Shown here piece after piece: positions 9,301 to 18,378 of a DNA stretch of 64,000 bases. The position numbers and the translations under genes were made by a program. The first letter of the stretch is position 1. Each line of letters begins with the position of its first letter. The notes under the pieces were generated by a model that had not been told where the DNA came from, searched no databases, and was given only the letters and a program-made list of their open reading frames with translations. The DNA is from Bacteroidales bacterium (lineage in GTDB: Bacteria > Bacteroidota > Bacteroidia > Bacteroidales > FEN-979): assembly GCA_963682005.1 (NCBI GenBank), contig OY820914.1:605433-669432 (forward strand), in the 5' to 3' direction.

Positions 9301-9663
9301 ATGATACGTAAAAAACGTTCAACCCAGAAAATTGCAATACCAAGTGACGATGGGATCTTAGTCGGTCAACAGTTTAAAAGCTCAAGGGCATTTGTTGTCG
9401 CCACGGTCGACGACGGAAAAATCCTTCGCCAGGAATTACGATGGAACCTCATCAGCGAGATCATGACCTCCCCTCACGGGTATTATTACAACCTCGCCGA
9501 TTGCAATACCATCATTGTAAATGAAATCGGTGAAGGCCACACAAGACTCCTTGGCTCTATTAACAAAGAAGTCATCCAAACAGAGGAAACGCTTGTCAAT
9601 AATGCCTTCCTGATTTATCTCAGGAAAGCTTCCCTGAAAGCAGAAAAAATTAAATCGCTTTAA
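9301..9663 (+). CDS. NifB/NifX-family protein
   Basis: KIAIPSDDG...F..SRAF..., DCNTIIVNEIGEG; paralogue of 2..340. Confidence 0.7.
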   Translation: MIRKKRSTQKIAIPSDDGILVGQQFKSSRAFVVATVDDGKILRQELRWNLISEIMTSPHGYYYNLADCNTIIVNEIGEGHTRLLGSINKEVIQTEETLVNNAFLIYLRKASLKAEKIKSL

Positions 9664-9797
9664 TATCACCAATCCGAATTTTCTTTTTACATTTGCACCA
9701 TAAAACTAAATGATTAATCACTATTGTACCAGTAATTTTACAAATTACAGAAAATCTGACTAATAAACCTTTGCTGACTTTTTCGTTTCTGTCCATT

Positions 9798-9854
9798 GTA
9801 CCCATCCCCCGTCCCCTTCCCTACTAGTAGGGAAGGGGTGCAGGGGTAGGGTAC
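9798..9854. repeat. REP-like GC-rich palindrome
   Basis: Perfect 26-bp palindrome CCCCTTCCCTACTAGTAGGGAAGGGG at 9813-9838, with imperfect outer arms GTACCCATCCCC / GGGGTAGGGTAC. Confidence 0.75.
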
Positions 9855-9904
9855 GGTTAAGATTATTGGTATAATTGTGATCATTCGAATAAAACTATTT
9901 GATT

Positions 9905-10330
9905 ATGGAAATTACTTTTATTGTGCTCGGAATTGTTGTTGTCATCGTTGCAGTCCTGTTCTTCATTGCAAAAGGAAGGATGAAGCAATTGGAAAATGTT
10001 CCGGAAAGCAGCAAGATCATCACCATGGATGATAAAAATTTCTCACACCGGGTAAAGACCGGGATCGTTCTCGTGGATTTCTGGGCTGCCTGGTGCATGC
10101 CTTGTAAGCTCATGGCACCGGTGCTGAATGAACTGGCCGAAGAATCCAATGGAAAAGTCACGATTGGAAAAGTAAATATAGACGAAGCAAAAGAAACAGC
10201 CGCCCGGTTTGGGATCCGGAGCATTCCGACCATGATCCTTTTCAGGAACGGGAAAGAGCTCCACAGGATTGTAGGCGTCAAGCCAATAGATTATATTCGC
10301 AGGGAAATTGAGCGCAGATCGATTTATTGA
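9905..10330 (+). CDS. trxA: Thioredoxin with an N-terminal membrane anchor
   Basis: LVDFWAAWCMPCK active site and RSIPT cis-Pro; about 22-aa hydrophobic N-terminal helix. ATG at 9905. Confidence 0.85.
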   Translation: MEITFIVLGIVVVIVAVLFFIAKGRMKQLENVPESSKIITMDDKNFSHRVKTGIVLVDFWAAWCMPCKLMAPVLNELAEESNGKVTIGKVNIDEAKETAARFGIRSIPTMILFRNGKELHRIVGVKPIDYIRREIERRSIY

Positions 10331-10361
10331 ACATGTTATTCTCAATTAAATCGGATTAATA

Positions 10362-10430
10362 TTCTCCGTGGTCTTCGTGTCTTCTTTGTGAACTCTGTGG
10401 TCAAAATATTTTACCACAAAGGCCACAGAG
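10362..10430. repeat. Intergenic CTCTGTG-type degenerate repeat/hairpin
   Basis: CTCCGTG/CTTCGTG/CTTTGTG/CTCTGTG units, with CTCTGTGG (10393) pairing to CCACAGAG (10423). Related tracts at about 2895-2940, 13154-13175 and 61968-61995. Confidence 0.5.
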
Positions 10431-10515
10431 ATTCAAAGTTGATTTCTTACCGAATAATAATTTGCGGGACAAAATAGTGTCGAAATAAACAAAAAAGGGT
10501 ATTAAACCAGGGTTT

Positions 10516-10935
10516 ATGAAAAAGATAATTCTGCTGTTTTTCCTGATGACCGGTCTCTTTTACTCTGGCTCAGCCCAAACTAAAGGGACTTCATCAAATC
10601 CCGTTAAAGTGGAAGTATATTACTTTCATCCTTCCGAACGCTGCCCGATCGACCAATCCATCGAGGAAAACTCAAAAAGGGTTGTGGAGACTTCTTTTCC
10701 CAGGGAAGTAAAAGAGGGTTCGTTGAAATTCAGGGTTGTCAATACCGATGACAAGGGGAATGAGAAACTTGTTTCGAGATTCGATATCAATACACAGGCA
10801 TTGTACATTGTGAGAGTGGATAAAGGAAAGGAAACGAAGACCGACCTTACCGATTTTGCATTCTCCTTCAGCAAAAGCAACCCTACAAAGTTCAAAACCC
10901 GGTTGACGGATGAGATCAGGAATGCCCTGAAGTGA
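10516..10935 (+). CDS. Exported thioredoxin-fold protein (ArsF-like family)
   Basis: Signal peptide and KVEVYYFH...RC motif; here CxxD rather than CxxC. Confidence 0.65.
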   Translation: MKKIILLFFLMTGLFYSGSAQTKGTSSNPVKVEVYYFHPSERCPIDQSIEENSKRVVETSFPREVKEGSLKFRVVNTDDKGNEKLVSRFDINTQALYIVRVDKGKETKTDLTDFAFSFSKSNPTKFKTRLTDEIRNALK

Positions 10936-10947
10936 CCCAAGACATCT

Positions 10948-11325
10948 CTACGCTGTTTCTTTCGTAAAGAACATTTTAATCGCAATCAGGATCATCAGTA
11001 CTGCGAAGATCTTTTTCATCACATTCTCCGGCATGTTCAGAGCTACTTTTGATCCGAAATAACCTCCGATCAGAAATGCCACTGCGATGACCATGGCATA
11101 CCAGATGTTGACCTGTCCTGCACGGTAATAATTATAGGCCGCAAACAGCCCGATCGGGGGAAGCATCACAGCCACACTTGTTCCCTGGGCAGTATGCTGG
11201 TCCACCCCAAGGATATAAACCATCGCCGGTATCATGACGATCGCACCCCCGACCCCGAACATGCCTCCAAAAACACCTGCCATCAAACCTATGATGATCA
11301 GTATCCCTATTGTTGTCAGATTCAT
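10948..11325 (-). CDS. TauE/SafE-family sulfite exporter (half-size)
   Basis: GLMAGVFGGMFGVGGAIVMIP, QHTAQGTS and 4 TM helices. Likely start MNLTTIG at 11325. Confidence 0.85.
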   Translation of the reverse strand: MNLTTIGILIIIGLMAGVFGGMFGVGGAIVMIPAMVYILGVDQHTAQGTSVAVMLPPIGLFAAYNYYRAGQVNIWYAMVIAVAFLIGGYFGSKVALNMPENVMKKIFAVLMILIAIKMFFTKETA

Positions 11326-11353
11326 ACCTCGCTGTTTATTGATTTGAAATCTG

Positions 11354-11740
11354 CTACAGGCTGTCAATGACATTCCGCAGCAGTCCTGTAACTTCCAGGG
11401 CAACCGGTTCAAGTTCCGGGTTGCTGATCGCCATCATCGAAGCGATGGGATTGACTGCGGAAACCTCCGTTTGCCCGTTCTCCTTGTCGATTACGATGAC
11501 ATTGCATGGAAGCATCGTCCCGATCTTATCCTCGGCCATCAGTGCCTTGTAAGCAAAACCCGGGTTACATGCACCAAGAATCCGGTACTTCTTAAAGTTT
11601 ACCCCCAGTTTCTCGTTCAGCTTTTCATGGATGTTGATCTCGGAAATGATCCCGAATCCTTTCGTTTTCAATACATCGGTAACTCGTTGAACCGATTCGT
11701 CAAATGATACGTTCAACGTTTTGGTAAAATAATAGTCCAT
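11354..11740 (-). CDS. DUF302 family protein
   Basis: GFGIISEI, YRILGACNP and LPCNVIV motifs. Confidence 0.9.
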   Translation of the reverse strand: MDYYFTKTLNVSFDESVQRVTDVLKTKGFGIISEINIHEKLNEKLGVNFKKYRILGACNPGFAYKALMAEDKIGTMLPCNVIVIDKENGQTEVSAVNPIASMMAISNPELEPVALEVTGLLRNVIDSL

Positions 11741-11791
11741 GATCCTGTTGTTTATGTTAAACTTCCTCCGGTTACACTCTTTATTCCAATT

Positions 11792-12226
11792 TCAACCGGT
11801 CAGTATTTTCTGCATGACTGTCTTTTCCCGCTCAGTCAGCGATTCGATCTCCTTGATCGCCCCCTGGATCTTGGTCTTGAACTTCCAGCAGGTCATCTGG
11901 CGAAGCGACAATCTCCTCGCAAATTCATAAGTGGAAACATCCTCATTTCCCTTGCATACGTTAAAAGCAATGTAGAATGCCTTGCTTAGCGGGAATTTAC
12001 AGTTATGAAATATTGTTCCCGTGGTAGCTGATTCTTCCGTCTTGCATTTGGTACACCTTCGCGAATGCGGAGTCTTGCCGGAACAGAAATTGGTATTCCC
12101 GCATTTCCTGCAGATAAACCCGTCCTTCCACTTAACTTCAGCCAGGAATTCGAGGCATTTCCCATCATTCTGAAACAATTCCTCAAGTTTCTCTTTTGAA
12201 AGATCTCCGTTGAAAATAAAGCCCAT
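11792..12226 (-). CDS. Stand-alone IS1595-type zinc-ribbon/HTH protein without a DDE domain; possible regulator
   Basis: C..FL..VKW.DGF.CRKCG...RRCTKC...SAT.GTIFH..K.PL matches the IS1595 transposase N-terminus. The ORF stops at 144 aa with no catalytic domain. Confidence 0.65.
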   Translation of the reverse strand: MGFIFNGDLSKEKLEELFQNDGKCLEFLAEVKWKDGFICRKCGNTNFCSGKTPHSRRCTKCKTEESATTGTIFHNCKFPLSKAFYIAFNVCKGNEDVSTYEFARRLSLRQMTCWKFKTKIQGAIKEIESLTEREKTVMQKILTG

Positions 12227-12326
12227 ATATTCTTATAACTAATTTTATTCCGCTGCAAAAATAAATAAAAACAGTGATACTAAAAAGATTTAAGTGATAT
12301 TAATGCGATTTATTAAAAATATTTTC

Positions 12327-12334
12327 TACCTTTG
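12327..12334 (+). promoter_or_regulatory. -7 promoter element of the osmC-like gene; a divergent element lies at 12256-12263 on the minus strand
   Basis: TACCTTTG on the plus strand and TATTTTTG on the minus strand both match TAnnTTTG. Confidence 0.5.
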
Positions 12335-12376
12335 CTGCCTGGTTTCTGATTAAGGACAAACAAATAATTTAATAGA

Positions 12377-12796
12377 ATGACAAAACAATCCATAGATGTT
12401 CAGTGGACTTCAAACATGGCCTTCCAGGCTACCGTTGATGGTCATAAGTTTGTTATTGATCTTGATCCGGAAAAAGGCGGAGAGAACCTGGGTCCGCGTC
12501 CAAAACCGCTGCTCATGGTCGCCCTGGCCGGATGCACGGGGATCGATGTTATTTCCATTTTAAAAAAAATGCGTGTCGAACCAACCTTTTTCAATGTTAA
12601 AGCAGAAGGCGAAGTTACCGAGGATCATCCGAAACATTTTACAACGATCCACCTGGTGTATGAATTCAAAGGAGATGACCTTCCGCTCGACAAGCTCCAG
12701 AAAGCCGTTGATCTGTCACAGGAAAAGTATTGCGGAATTTCATATACTTTGCGGCAGGCCCTTGGCCTCACATCTGAAATCAGGATTTTATCTTAA
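12377..12796 (+). CDS. OsmC/YhfA family protein
   Basis: GPRPKPLL..ALAGCTGIDV and LSQEKYCG motifs. Confidence 0.9.
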   Translation: MTKQSIDVQWTSNMAFQATVDGHKFVIDLDPEKGGENLGPRPKPLLMVALAGCTGIDVISILKKMRVEPTFFNVKAEGEVTEDHPKHFTTIHLVYEFKGDDLPLDKLQKAVDLSQEKYCGISYTLRQALGLTSEIRILS

Positions 12797-12814
12797 CACT
12801 TAAAACGTATCGAT

Positions 12815-13018
12815 ATGAAAAAGAACATGGGTACAATTGACAAAACGATCAGGATAATTATTGCACTGGCACTGATCATCCTTTATGCAACGAATTTAAT
12901 TACCGGGATCTTCGGGATCCTCATGGTGGTTGTCGCCGCGGTATTCATCCTTACTTCCATCTTCTCATTCTGCCCGCTTTATGCACTTCTCGGCCTGAAT
13001 TCCGGGTCAAAGAAATAA
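12815..13018 (+). CDS. DUF2892 (YgaP-like) small membrane protein
   Basis: MKKNMG..DK..R, two TM helices and FCPLY. Confidence 0.9.
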   Translation: MKKNMGTIDKTIRIIIALALIILYATNLITGIFGILMVVVAAVFILTSIFSFCPLYALLGLNSGSKK

Positions 13019-13327
13019 ACAAGCGATTCACAGGATCTCTCGTGGTGATCAACAAAAATCACCGTTCTGGCAGTTAGTTGTCTTATCAACTACGCGTCAA
13101 TACGGAGGCACAGCGACCAGGGAAAATGAAATGGTGATATCCATTTCCTGACATCTCTGTGTCTCTGTGATGAACAATTAGAAGGATCATTTCAGGCAGC
13201 CTCAGGGCCGGCGGTTGCTCCCTGCAAATTAATTGAAACCCGGGAAAAATTTTTTCCCTCCCCGCAAGTTTTTCCTTTTCCTTAAGTCTAATTAGAAAAT
13301 CATGTTCAATTTAATCAACAAAAAATT

Positions 13328-13762
13328 ATGAAGACAATGAAAAGGATTTCTATTCTGATGATCATCATCGCACTGTTCGGTTTCCAGGGATTCTCCCAGA
13401 TCGCATCAACAACAGCTCCGAAAGAAAAACCCCAGACGGCTCAGACCAGTTCCAAGGCAGTTCCGGGCAAGTTCGTCGACAACAATAAAAATGGCATCTG
13501 CGATAACCACGAAGGCAAAATGCAAAATGGCAAATGTGCGAATTTTGTTGACAAAAACGGGGATGGTATTTGCGATAACCAGAAGGATTGCTGTAAAGGG
13601 AAAGGCAATGCCGGTAACTGCGGAAATGGATGCCAGCACAAAAATGGACAGGGAAAAGGGAATTGCGGCACAGGATGTGGCAATCACCATAGGTACGGAT
13701 GCTCAGGACAGAGTGGTTCAACCGCTCCAGCCCAGCAAGCCCCAACACAGGAAAAGAAATAG
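13328..13762 (+). CDS. Secreted Cys/Gly-rich protein with two FVDxNxxGICD loops
   Basis: Signal peptide; FVDNNKNGICD and FVDKNGDGICD; GNCGxGC repeats. Confidence 0.7.
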   Translation: MKTMKRISILMIIIALFGFQGFSQIASTTAPKEKPQTAQTSSKAVPGKFVDNNKNGICDNHEGKMQNGKCANFVDKNGDGICDNQKDCCKGKGNAGNCGNGCQHKNGQGKGNCGTGCGNHHRYGCSGQSGSTAPAQQAPTQEKK

Positions 13763-13793
13763 ATCCGCTCAATTTTTATAGAATGCGGGTTTA

Positions 13794-13837
13794 AGTGCAG
13801 GCTGGTAATTGAAGCTTTTTTCATTACAGCCTGCACT
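13794..13837 (+). terminator. Stem-loop after 13328..13762 (probable terminator or stabiliser)
   Basis: Inverted repeat AGTGCAGGCTG ... CAGCCTGCACT followed by GTTGATTTT. Confidence 0.55.
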
Positions 13838-13892
13838 GTTGATTTTAATCCGGGGAAATAAACTACTTTTGAATATCGTATAAGGATGCTTA

Positions 13893-14480
13893 ATGACTGA
13901 ACAGGAACTGATTGAAGGAATTTTGAACCACGACAGAAAAGCCGTTCAGTCTCTTGTCGATCTTCACCAGAAAACAGTTATAAAAACAGCATTCTATTTT
14001 GTGGATAACATGCATGATGCGGAAGACCTGTCACAGGAAGTATTCATCGAGATCATCCGCTCCATTGGAAAATATCAGGGTAAGGCATCTCTAAAAACTT
14101 GGATTTACCGTATAACCGTGAATAAATCCCTTGATTTCATAAGAAAAAGAAAAAGAATTGATTTTGTGCACCGGCTGGAAAGCCTTTTTTCTTTCAGGGT
14201 TGACGGGGATGATTCTTATATTAAAGAACCCGGAATGACAGATGACCGGGTAAGCGACCGGGAAACTGGCCTGATCATTGAAAAGGCAGTCGCCACCCTC
14301 CCCGAAAATCAAAGGGTGGCATTCGTGCTTAATAAATACGATGAATTGTCTTACAAAGCGATTTCAGAAATAATGAATATCTCGTTGTCTTCGGTAGAAT
14401 CTTTGATCCACCGGGCAAAAATGAACCTCCAGAAAAAGCTGGTCACACATTTCTCAGAATATTCCATCAGAAAAGATTAA
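13893..14480 (+). CDS. ECF RNA polymerase sigma-70 factor
   Basis: DAEDLSQEVFI, TWIYRITVNKSLD and region 4 LP..QR..F.L...SY..ISE.M..S..SVES..HRAK. Confidence 0.92.
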   Translation: MTEQELIEGILNHDRKAVQSLVDLHQKTVIKTAFYFVDNMHDAEDLSQEVFIEIIRSIGKYQGKASLKTWIYRITVNKSLDFIRKRKRIDFVHRLESLFSFRVDGDDSYIKEPGMTDDRVSDRETGLIIEKAVATLPENQRVAFVLNKYDELSYKAISEIMNISLSSVESLIHRAKMNLQKKLVTHFSEYSIRKD

Positions 14481-14481
14481 T

Positions 14482-14931
14482 ATGGACTGTAACAGATTCA
14501 ATGAAAATATTTTCAGCTACCTGGAAGGATCGATCACTCCGGGGATGCGGAAAGAAATGGATGAGCATCTCCTCTCCTGTCACGGCTGCCCTGTGATCAT
14601 GGATGGCTTTTCATCGGAAATAGCCGTCATTGAAGAGAAAAAGACAGCGGAACCGTCTCCTTTCATATCCACACGGATAATGCAGCGGATTGAATCTGAA
14701 CATCTTTCAGGTACCCGGGCCGGCCGGCCGGCCTTCAGCCTGTATTCCCGCCCCGTATTGGCCACCCTGATCATATTCATAGGGATCGTGATCGGGTTCT
14801 CGCTGGGGTTTATTGGAAATTCCGCTTACACTTCCGGTCAGAAACGGGAGGCTCGCCTGGAACAGATCAAGGCCGAGCTTTCAATTTCCGACGTTGCAGC
14901 CGGGACTGAAACATTTTTCATCAATAACTAA
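14482..14931 (+). CDS. Anti-sigma factor (zf-HC2-like, single TM)
   Basis: MDC...YLEG...HLLSCHGC followed by one TM helix; directly after the ECF sigma gene. Confidence 0.85.
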   Translation: MDCNRFNENIFSYLEGSITPGMRKEMDEHLLSCHGCPVIMDGFSSEIAVIEEKKTAEPSPFISTRIMQRIESEHLSGTRAGRPAFSLYSRPVLATLIIFIGIVIGFSLGFIGNSAYTSGQKREARLEQIKAELSISDVAAGTETFFINN

Positions 14932-14940
14932 TAGGATCAT

Positions 14941-15501
14941 ATGAACTTCTTTTCGAAAAACAAAGTGGTATTCTGGCTTCTTGTATTCCTTGTCGTGCTA
15001 AATCTTTCCGCACTCGCTACGTTCATCATATTCTTTTCAACCTCCTCCCCAGGACCAAATGAAATGACACCGGGAAAATCCTGCTCAAACTTCTGCAGGG
15101 AATTATCCCTGACACCGGATCAGTCGGCGAAGGTATCACCGGTCCTGGCCAAATACAGGAACCAGACAGACCCCGTTTCTGCAAGTATCAGGGATCAGCG
15201 CCTGCTGGTCCTGGATGAACTTGCAAAAGACGATCCGGATACACTACTTCTCTCCCAATACACCCGCAATATAAGTTCACTGCAGGAACAACTGCAGAAA
15301 GCCTCGATACACCAGTACTTCGAGCTTAAAAAGATCTGTACACCCGACCAGTGCCGGAAACTTACCTCTCTTTATTCTGAACTCTATGGCTGCAAAGAAT
15401 GCGGAATGGGGAAAGGAAGTGGAAAAGGTATGATGTACCGTCATGGACAGGAACGGCAGCGCGGATGCTGCGACAGCGGATCCACCGCCGGGAACAGGTA
15501 A
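14941..15501 (+). CDS. Periplasmic heavy-metal sensor / Spy-CpxP-ZraP family protein
   Basis: N-terminal TM; LSLTPDQ and CTPDQ (LTxxQ-type) motifs; Cys-rich tail. Confidence 0.8.
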   Translation: MNFFSKNKVVFWLLVFLVVLNLSALATFIIFFSTSSPGPNEMTPGKSCSNFCRELSLTPDQSAKVSPVLAKYRNQTDPVSASIRDQRLLVLDELAKDDPDTLLLSQYTRNISSLQEQLQKASIHQYFELKKICTPDQCRKLTSLYSELYGCKECGMGKGSGKGMMYRHGQERQRGCCDSGSTAGNR

Positions 15502-15512
15502 AGCTGCGGGCT

Positions 15513-15714
15513 GCGGGCTTCCGACTTAAAACCCCCATTCTCTGTTCTCCATTCTCCATTCTCTATTATCTGTCTTCCGTCTTCCGTCTGCGTCATCCCC
15601 GCGAATAGCGGGGCAAGCTTCGGGCTTCCGGTTTAAACCCACGATTCTCCATCCTCCATTCTCTATTATCTGTCTTCCGTCTTCCGTCTGCGTCATCCCC
15701 GCGAAAGCGGGGAC
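15513..15714. repeat. 100-bp-period tandem duplication, each copy ending in a REP-like hairpin
   Basis: 52 bp are identical at 15554-15605 and 15654-15705; hairpin GTCATCCCCGCGAA(T)AGCGGGG. Confidence 0.85.
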
Positions 15715-15856
15715 AGTCCTCAGACCTTCATAGACTTCCCGGACGGATTTGGAATGTTTAGGGTAATATTTGGAAATTAAAAAATAAATAATAAATTTAC
15801 ACCAAATATATTACCCTTTAGGATATACAATTCAAATCATTAACCTGTTAAAAACC

Positions 15857-18319
15857 ATGGCTGATTTAAATTATTCTGATGAGATCAAACAGGCTATTGT
15901 TATAGCCCAGGCCATTGCCCGTGAAAATTCAAATGAAAAATTCTCACCGGCACACCTTCTTAAAGCACTAATGAATAAGGAATTAGGTGTTGTCGATTTC
16001 CTGAAATCCCTGCAAAAGGATATCTATTACATTGAAGAATGGGCAGAATTCAGGATTGAATCCTATCCCAAGACTTCAAGGCTGCCCGATCTCCCCAAAG
16101 CCGATAATGAAGCAATTTCCGTATTTAATGAAGCAGATAATATCAGGGTGAAACTATCAAGCGATAATATCAATCCCCTGAGCGTATTTATTTCCCTCTG
16201 TACACCCGGGGTAGGATTTACCTACGAACAGTTGAAAACATTGCCGGTTACGCCTGCCGAACTGATAAATGCATTGATCAACCAGGCATCGCTACGGGAA
16301 ACCATTGGGAAACCAGCGACTCCGGGTGCCGTACCAAACCTGCAGAATACTTCGCTGCTGAAATATACCATTGATAAAATCGACCTTGCCAGGACGAACA
16401 ACCTTCAGAAAGTGGTCGGAAGGGATAAGGAGATCCGCATGATCGCAGAGATCCTCGGAAGGCGCACAAACTCAAATGTGCTGATCATCGGGGACCCCGG
16501 GGTCGGAAAGTCAGCGGTAATCAACGGATTCTGCCAGATGGCCACCCAAAATGACAACGAATGGCTGAGCGGACTCCAGGTGTTTGAACTCTCCTTCGGC
16601 AATCTCCTTGCCGGTGCTTCCTATAAAGGGGAAGTGGAGGACCGCCTTCAAAAGATCTTCGCCGAGATAAAGAATTTCAGCATGGGTGTACTGATCATCG
16701 AAGATATCCATGAATTGCTCGACAAGTTTGGCGCAGCACCGGGAGCCTCGAACCTTATCAAGCAGGAACTTGGAAAAGGCGAAATGACCATCATCGGCAC
16801 TTCAACCATCGATAACTTCACAAAGATCATCGAACGCGATAACAGCTTCAAAAGGTTCTTCGAGGTGCTGAAGATCGAAGAGAACAATGACAAAGAGGTC
16901 TTCGAAGTGCTGAAAAGCGTCATTCCCGGCTATTATGAGGAGCACCATGGATATCACGTATCGGAAGACGCCTTAAAAGAGACCATCCGCCTTACACGCA
17001 GGTACCTCAAGGAACGTAGCCTTCCTTCTGCTGCCATTGATCTGCTCGACAGAACAATGTCAGTGGTCAAGATAACCAAGATATTTACCGGGTCGATCCT
17101 CCAGGAGATCAGGGATGCGCTTACAGCCCTGGCAGATGCCCCGAAAGACGAGGTTTATTCAGCAACACTTCAGGATCTCCTGCTTCAGCTTACAAAAAAA
17201 ATAAACCCGGTGATACTGGTACAGTTGCAGGAAGAAATCAATCCCACGCTATACAGCGATCCGGATGAACTGAAGAAATACCTCGAAGATTCATTAGCGA
17301 AGATCACGGCCATAGCAGAACAGGACAAGAAAGACATAGAAATTACCGACATTGCCGCCGTTGTTGCGCAGAAAACCAACATCCCGATCGGGAAGCTGCA
17401 GAGCGGTGAACGTGAAAAACTCCTGAATTCCGAGGCATACCTCACCAAGCGTGTTGTTGGCCAGGATCATGCGATAAAGATCATTACTGAAGCCATCCTT
17501 GAATCGCGGTCAGGGATCAATAAAACAGGCAGGCCGATCGGCTCATTCTTCTTCCTGGGACCAACAGGGACGGGGAAAACAGAGCTCGCCAAATCGCTTG
17601 CAGAATTTCTCTTTAACGATGAAGCTTCCATGATCCGGTTCGATATGTCGGAATTCAAGGAAGAACACTCAGCCGCATTATTGTATGGCGCACCACCGGG
17701 ATATGTCGGGTATGAAGAAGGCGGCATGCTTGTAAACAAGATAAGACAACGCCCCTATGCTGTCGTTCTGTTTGATGAGATCGAAAAGGCCCACAGCTCT
17801 GTATTCGATATCTTCCTTCAGATCCTAGATGAAGGAAAACTGCACGACCGCCTGGGCAAAGAAGGCGATTTCTCCAATGCCGTCATAATATTTACCTCGA
17901 ATATCGGAAGTAAATATATTGTTGATTCATTTGACAAGGGCGAGATACCCTCACATGCAAACCTGATGGAGATCATGTCGAAGAATTTCCGTCCCGAATT
18001 CCTGGGAAGGCTTGATGAAATCATCCCCTTTGCCCAGATTACAAAGGACATTGCCCTGATGATCCTCGAGATCCATATGAAAAGCCTGTTCAAAGCCCTT
18101 GAAAACAAAAAGATCCGCCTCGAGATAGACCAGGAAGCCAAGGAACAACTGGCTGTTCTCGGGTTCAATCCGCAATATGGTGCCCGACCCCTGATCGGGG
18201 TCATCCGAAACCAGATGAGAAGACCCCTTTCCAGGAAGATCATTTCCGGTGAAATCGGGGAAAATTCCAATATCAGGCTTTCCTATAAAGATGAAAATTT
18301 TGTTTGGGAAACCTTCTGA
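15857..18319 (+). CDS. tssH: T6SS ClpV-type AAA+ ATPase
   Basis: Two NBDs (GDPGVGKS; GPTGTGKT, LFDEIEK), GAPPGYVGYEEGG and YGARP; first gene of the sheath operon. Confidence 0.88.
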   Translation: MADLNYSDEIKQAIVIAQAIARENSNEKFSPAHLLKALMNKELGVVDFLKSLQKDIYYIEEWAEFRIESYPKTSRLPDLPKADNEAISVFNEADNIRVKLSSDNINPLSVFISLCTPGVGFTYEQLKTLPVTPAELINALINQASLRETIGKPATPGAVPNLQNTSLLKYTIDKIDLARTNNLQKVVGRDKEIRMIAEILGRRTNSNVLIIGDPGVGKSAVINGFCQMATQNDNEWLSGLQVFELSFGNLLAGASYKGEVEDRLQKIFAEIKNFSMGVLIIEDIHELLDKFGAAPGASNLIKQELGKGEMTIIGTSTIDNFTKIIERDNSFKRFFEVLKIEENNDKEVFEVLKSVIPGYYEEHHGYHVSEDALKETIRLTRRYLKERSLPSAAIDLLDRTMSVVKITKIFTGSILQEIRDALTALADAPKDEVYSATLQDLLLQLTKKINPVILVQLQEEINPTLYSDPDELKKYLEDSLAKITAIAEQDKKDIEITDIAAVVAQKTNIPIGKLQSGEREKLLNSEAYLTKRVVGQDHAIKIITEAILESRSGINKTGRPIGSFFFLGPTGTGKTELAKSLAEFLFNDEASMIRFDMSEFKEEHSAALLYGAPPGYVGYEEGGMLVNKIRQRPYAVVLFDEIEKAHSSVFDIFLQILDEGKLHDRLGKEGDFSNAVIIFTSNIGSKYIVDSFDKGEIPSHANLMEIMSKNFRPEFLGRLDEIIPFAQITKDIALMILEIHMKSLFKALENKKIRLEIDQEAKEQLAVLGFNPQYGARPLIGVIRNQMRRPLSRKIISGEIGENSNIRLSYKDENFVWETF

Positions 18320-18378
18320 AATTTCGTAATATTGTAATTGATTTGTTATTTTCAAAAAACTAATTAATATTTTTTCTT

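Noticed and set aside
11792-12258. Active IS1595 insertion sequence
   Set aside because: No DDE catalytic domain, and no terminal inverted repeats or target duplication seen.
15857-18319. Housekeeping ClpB/ClpC
   Set aside because: It heads the tssB-C-D-vgrG operon, so it is better explained as TssH.
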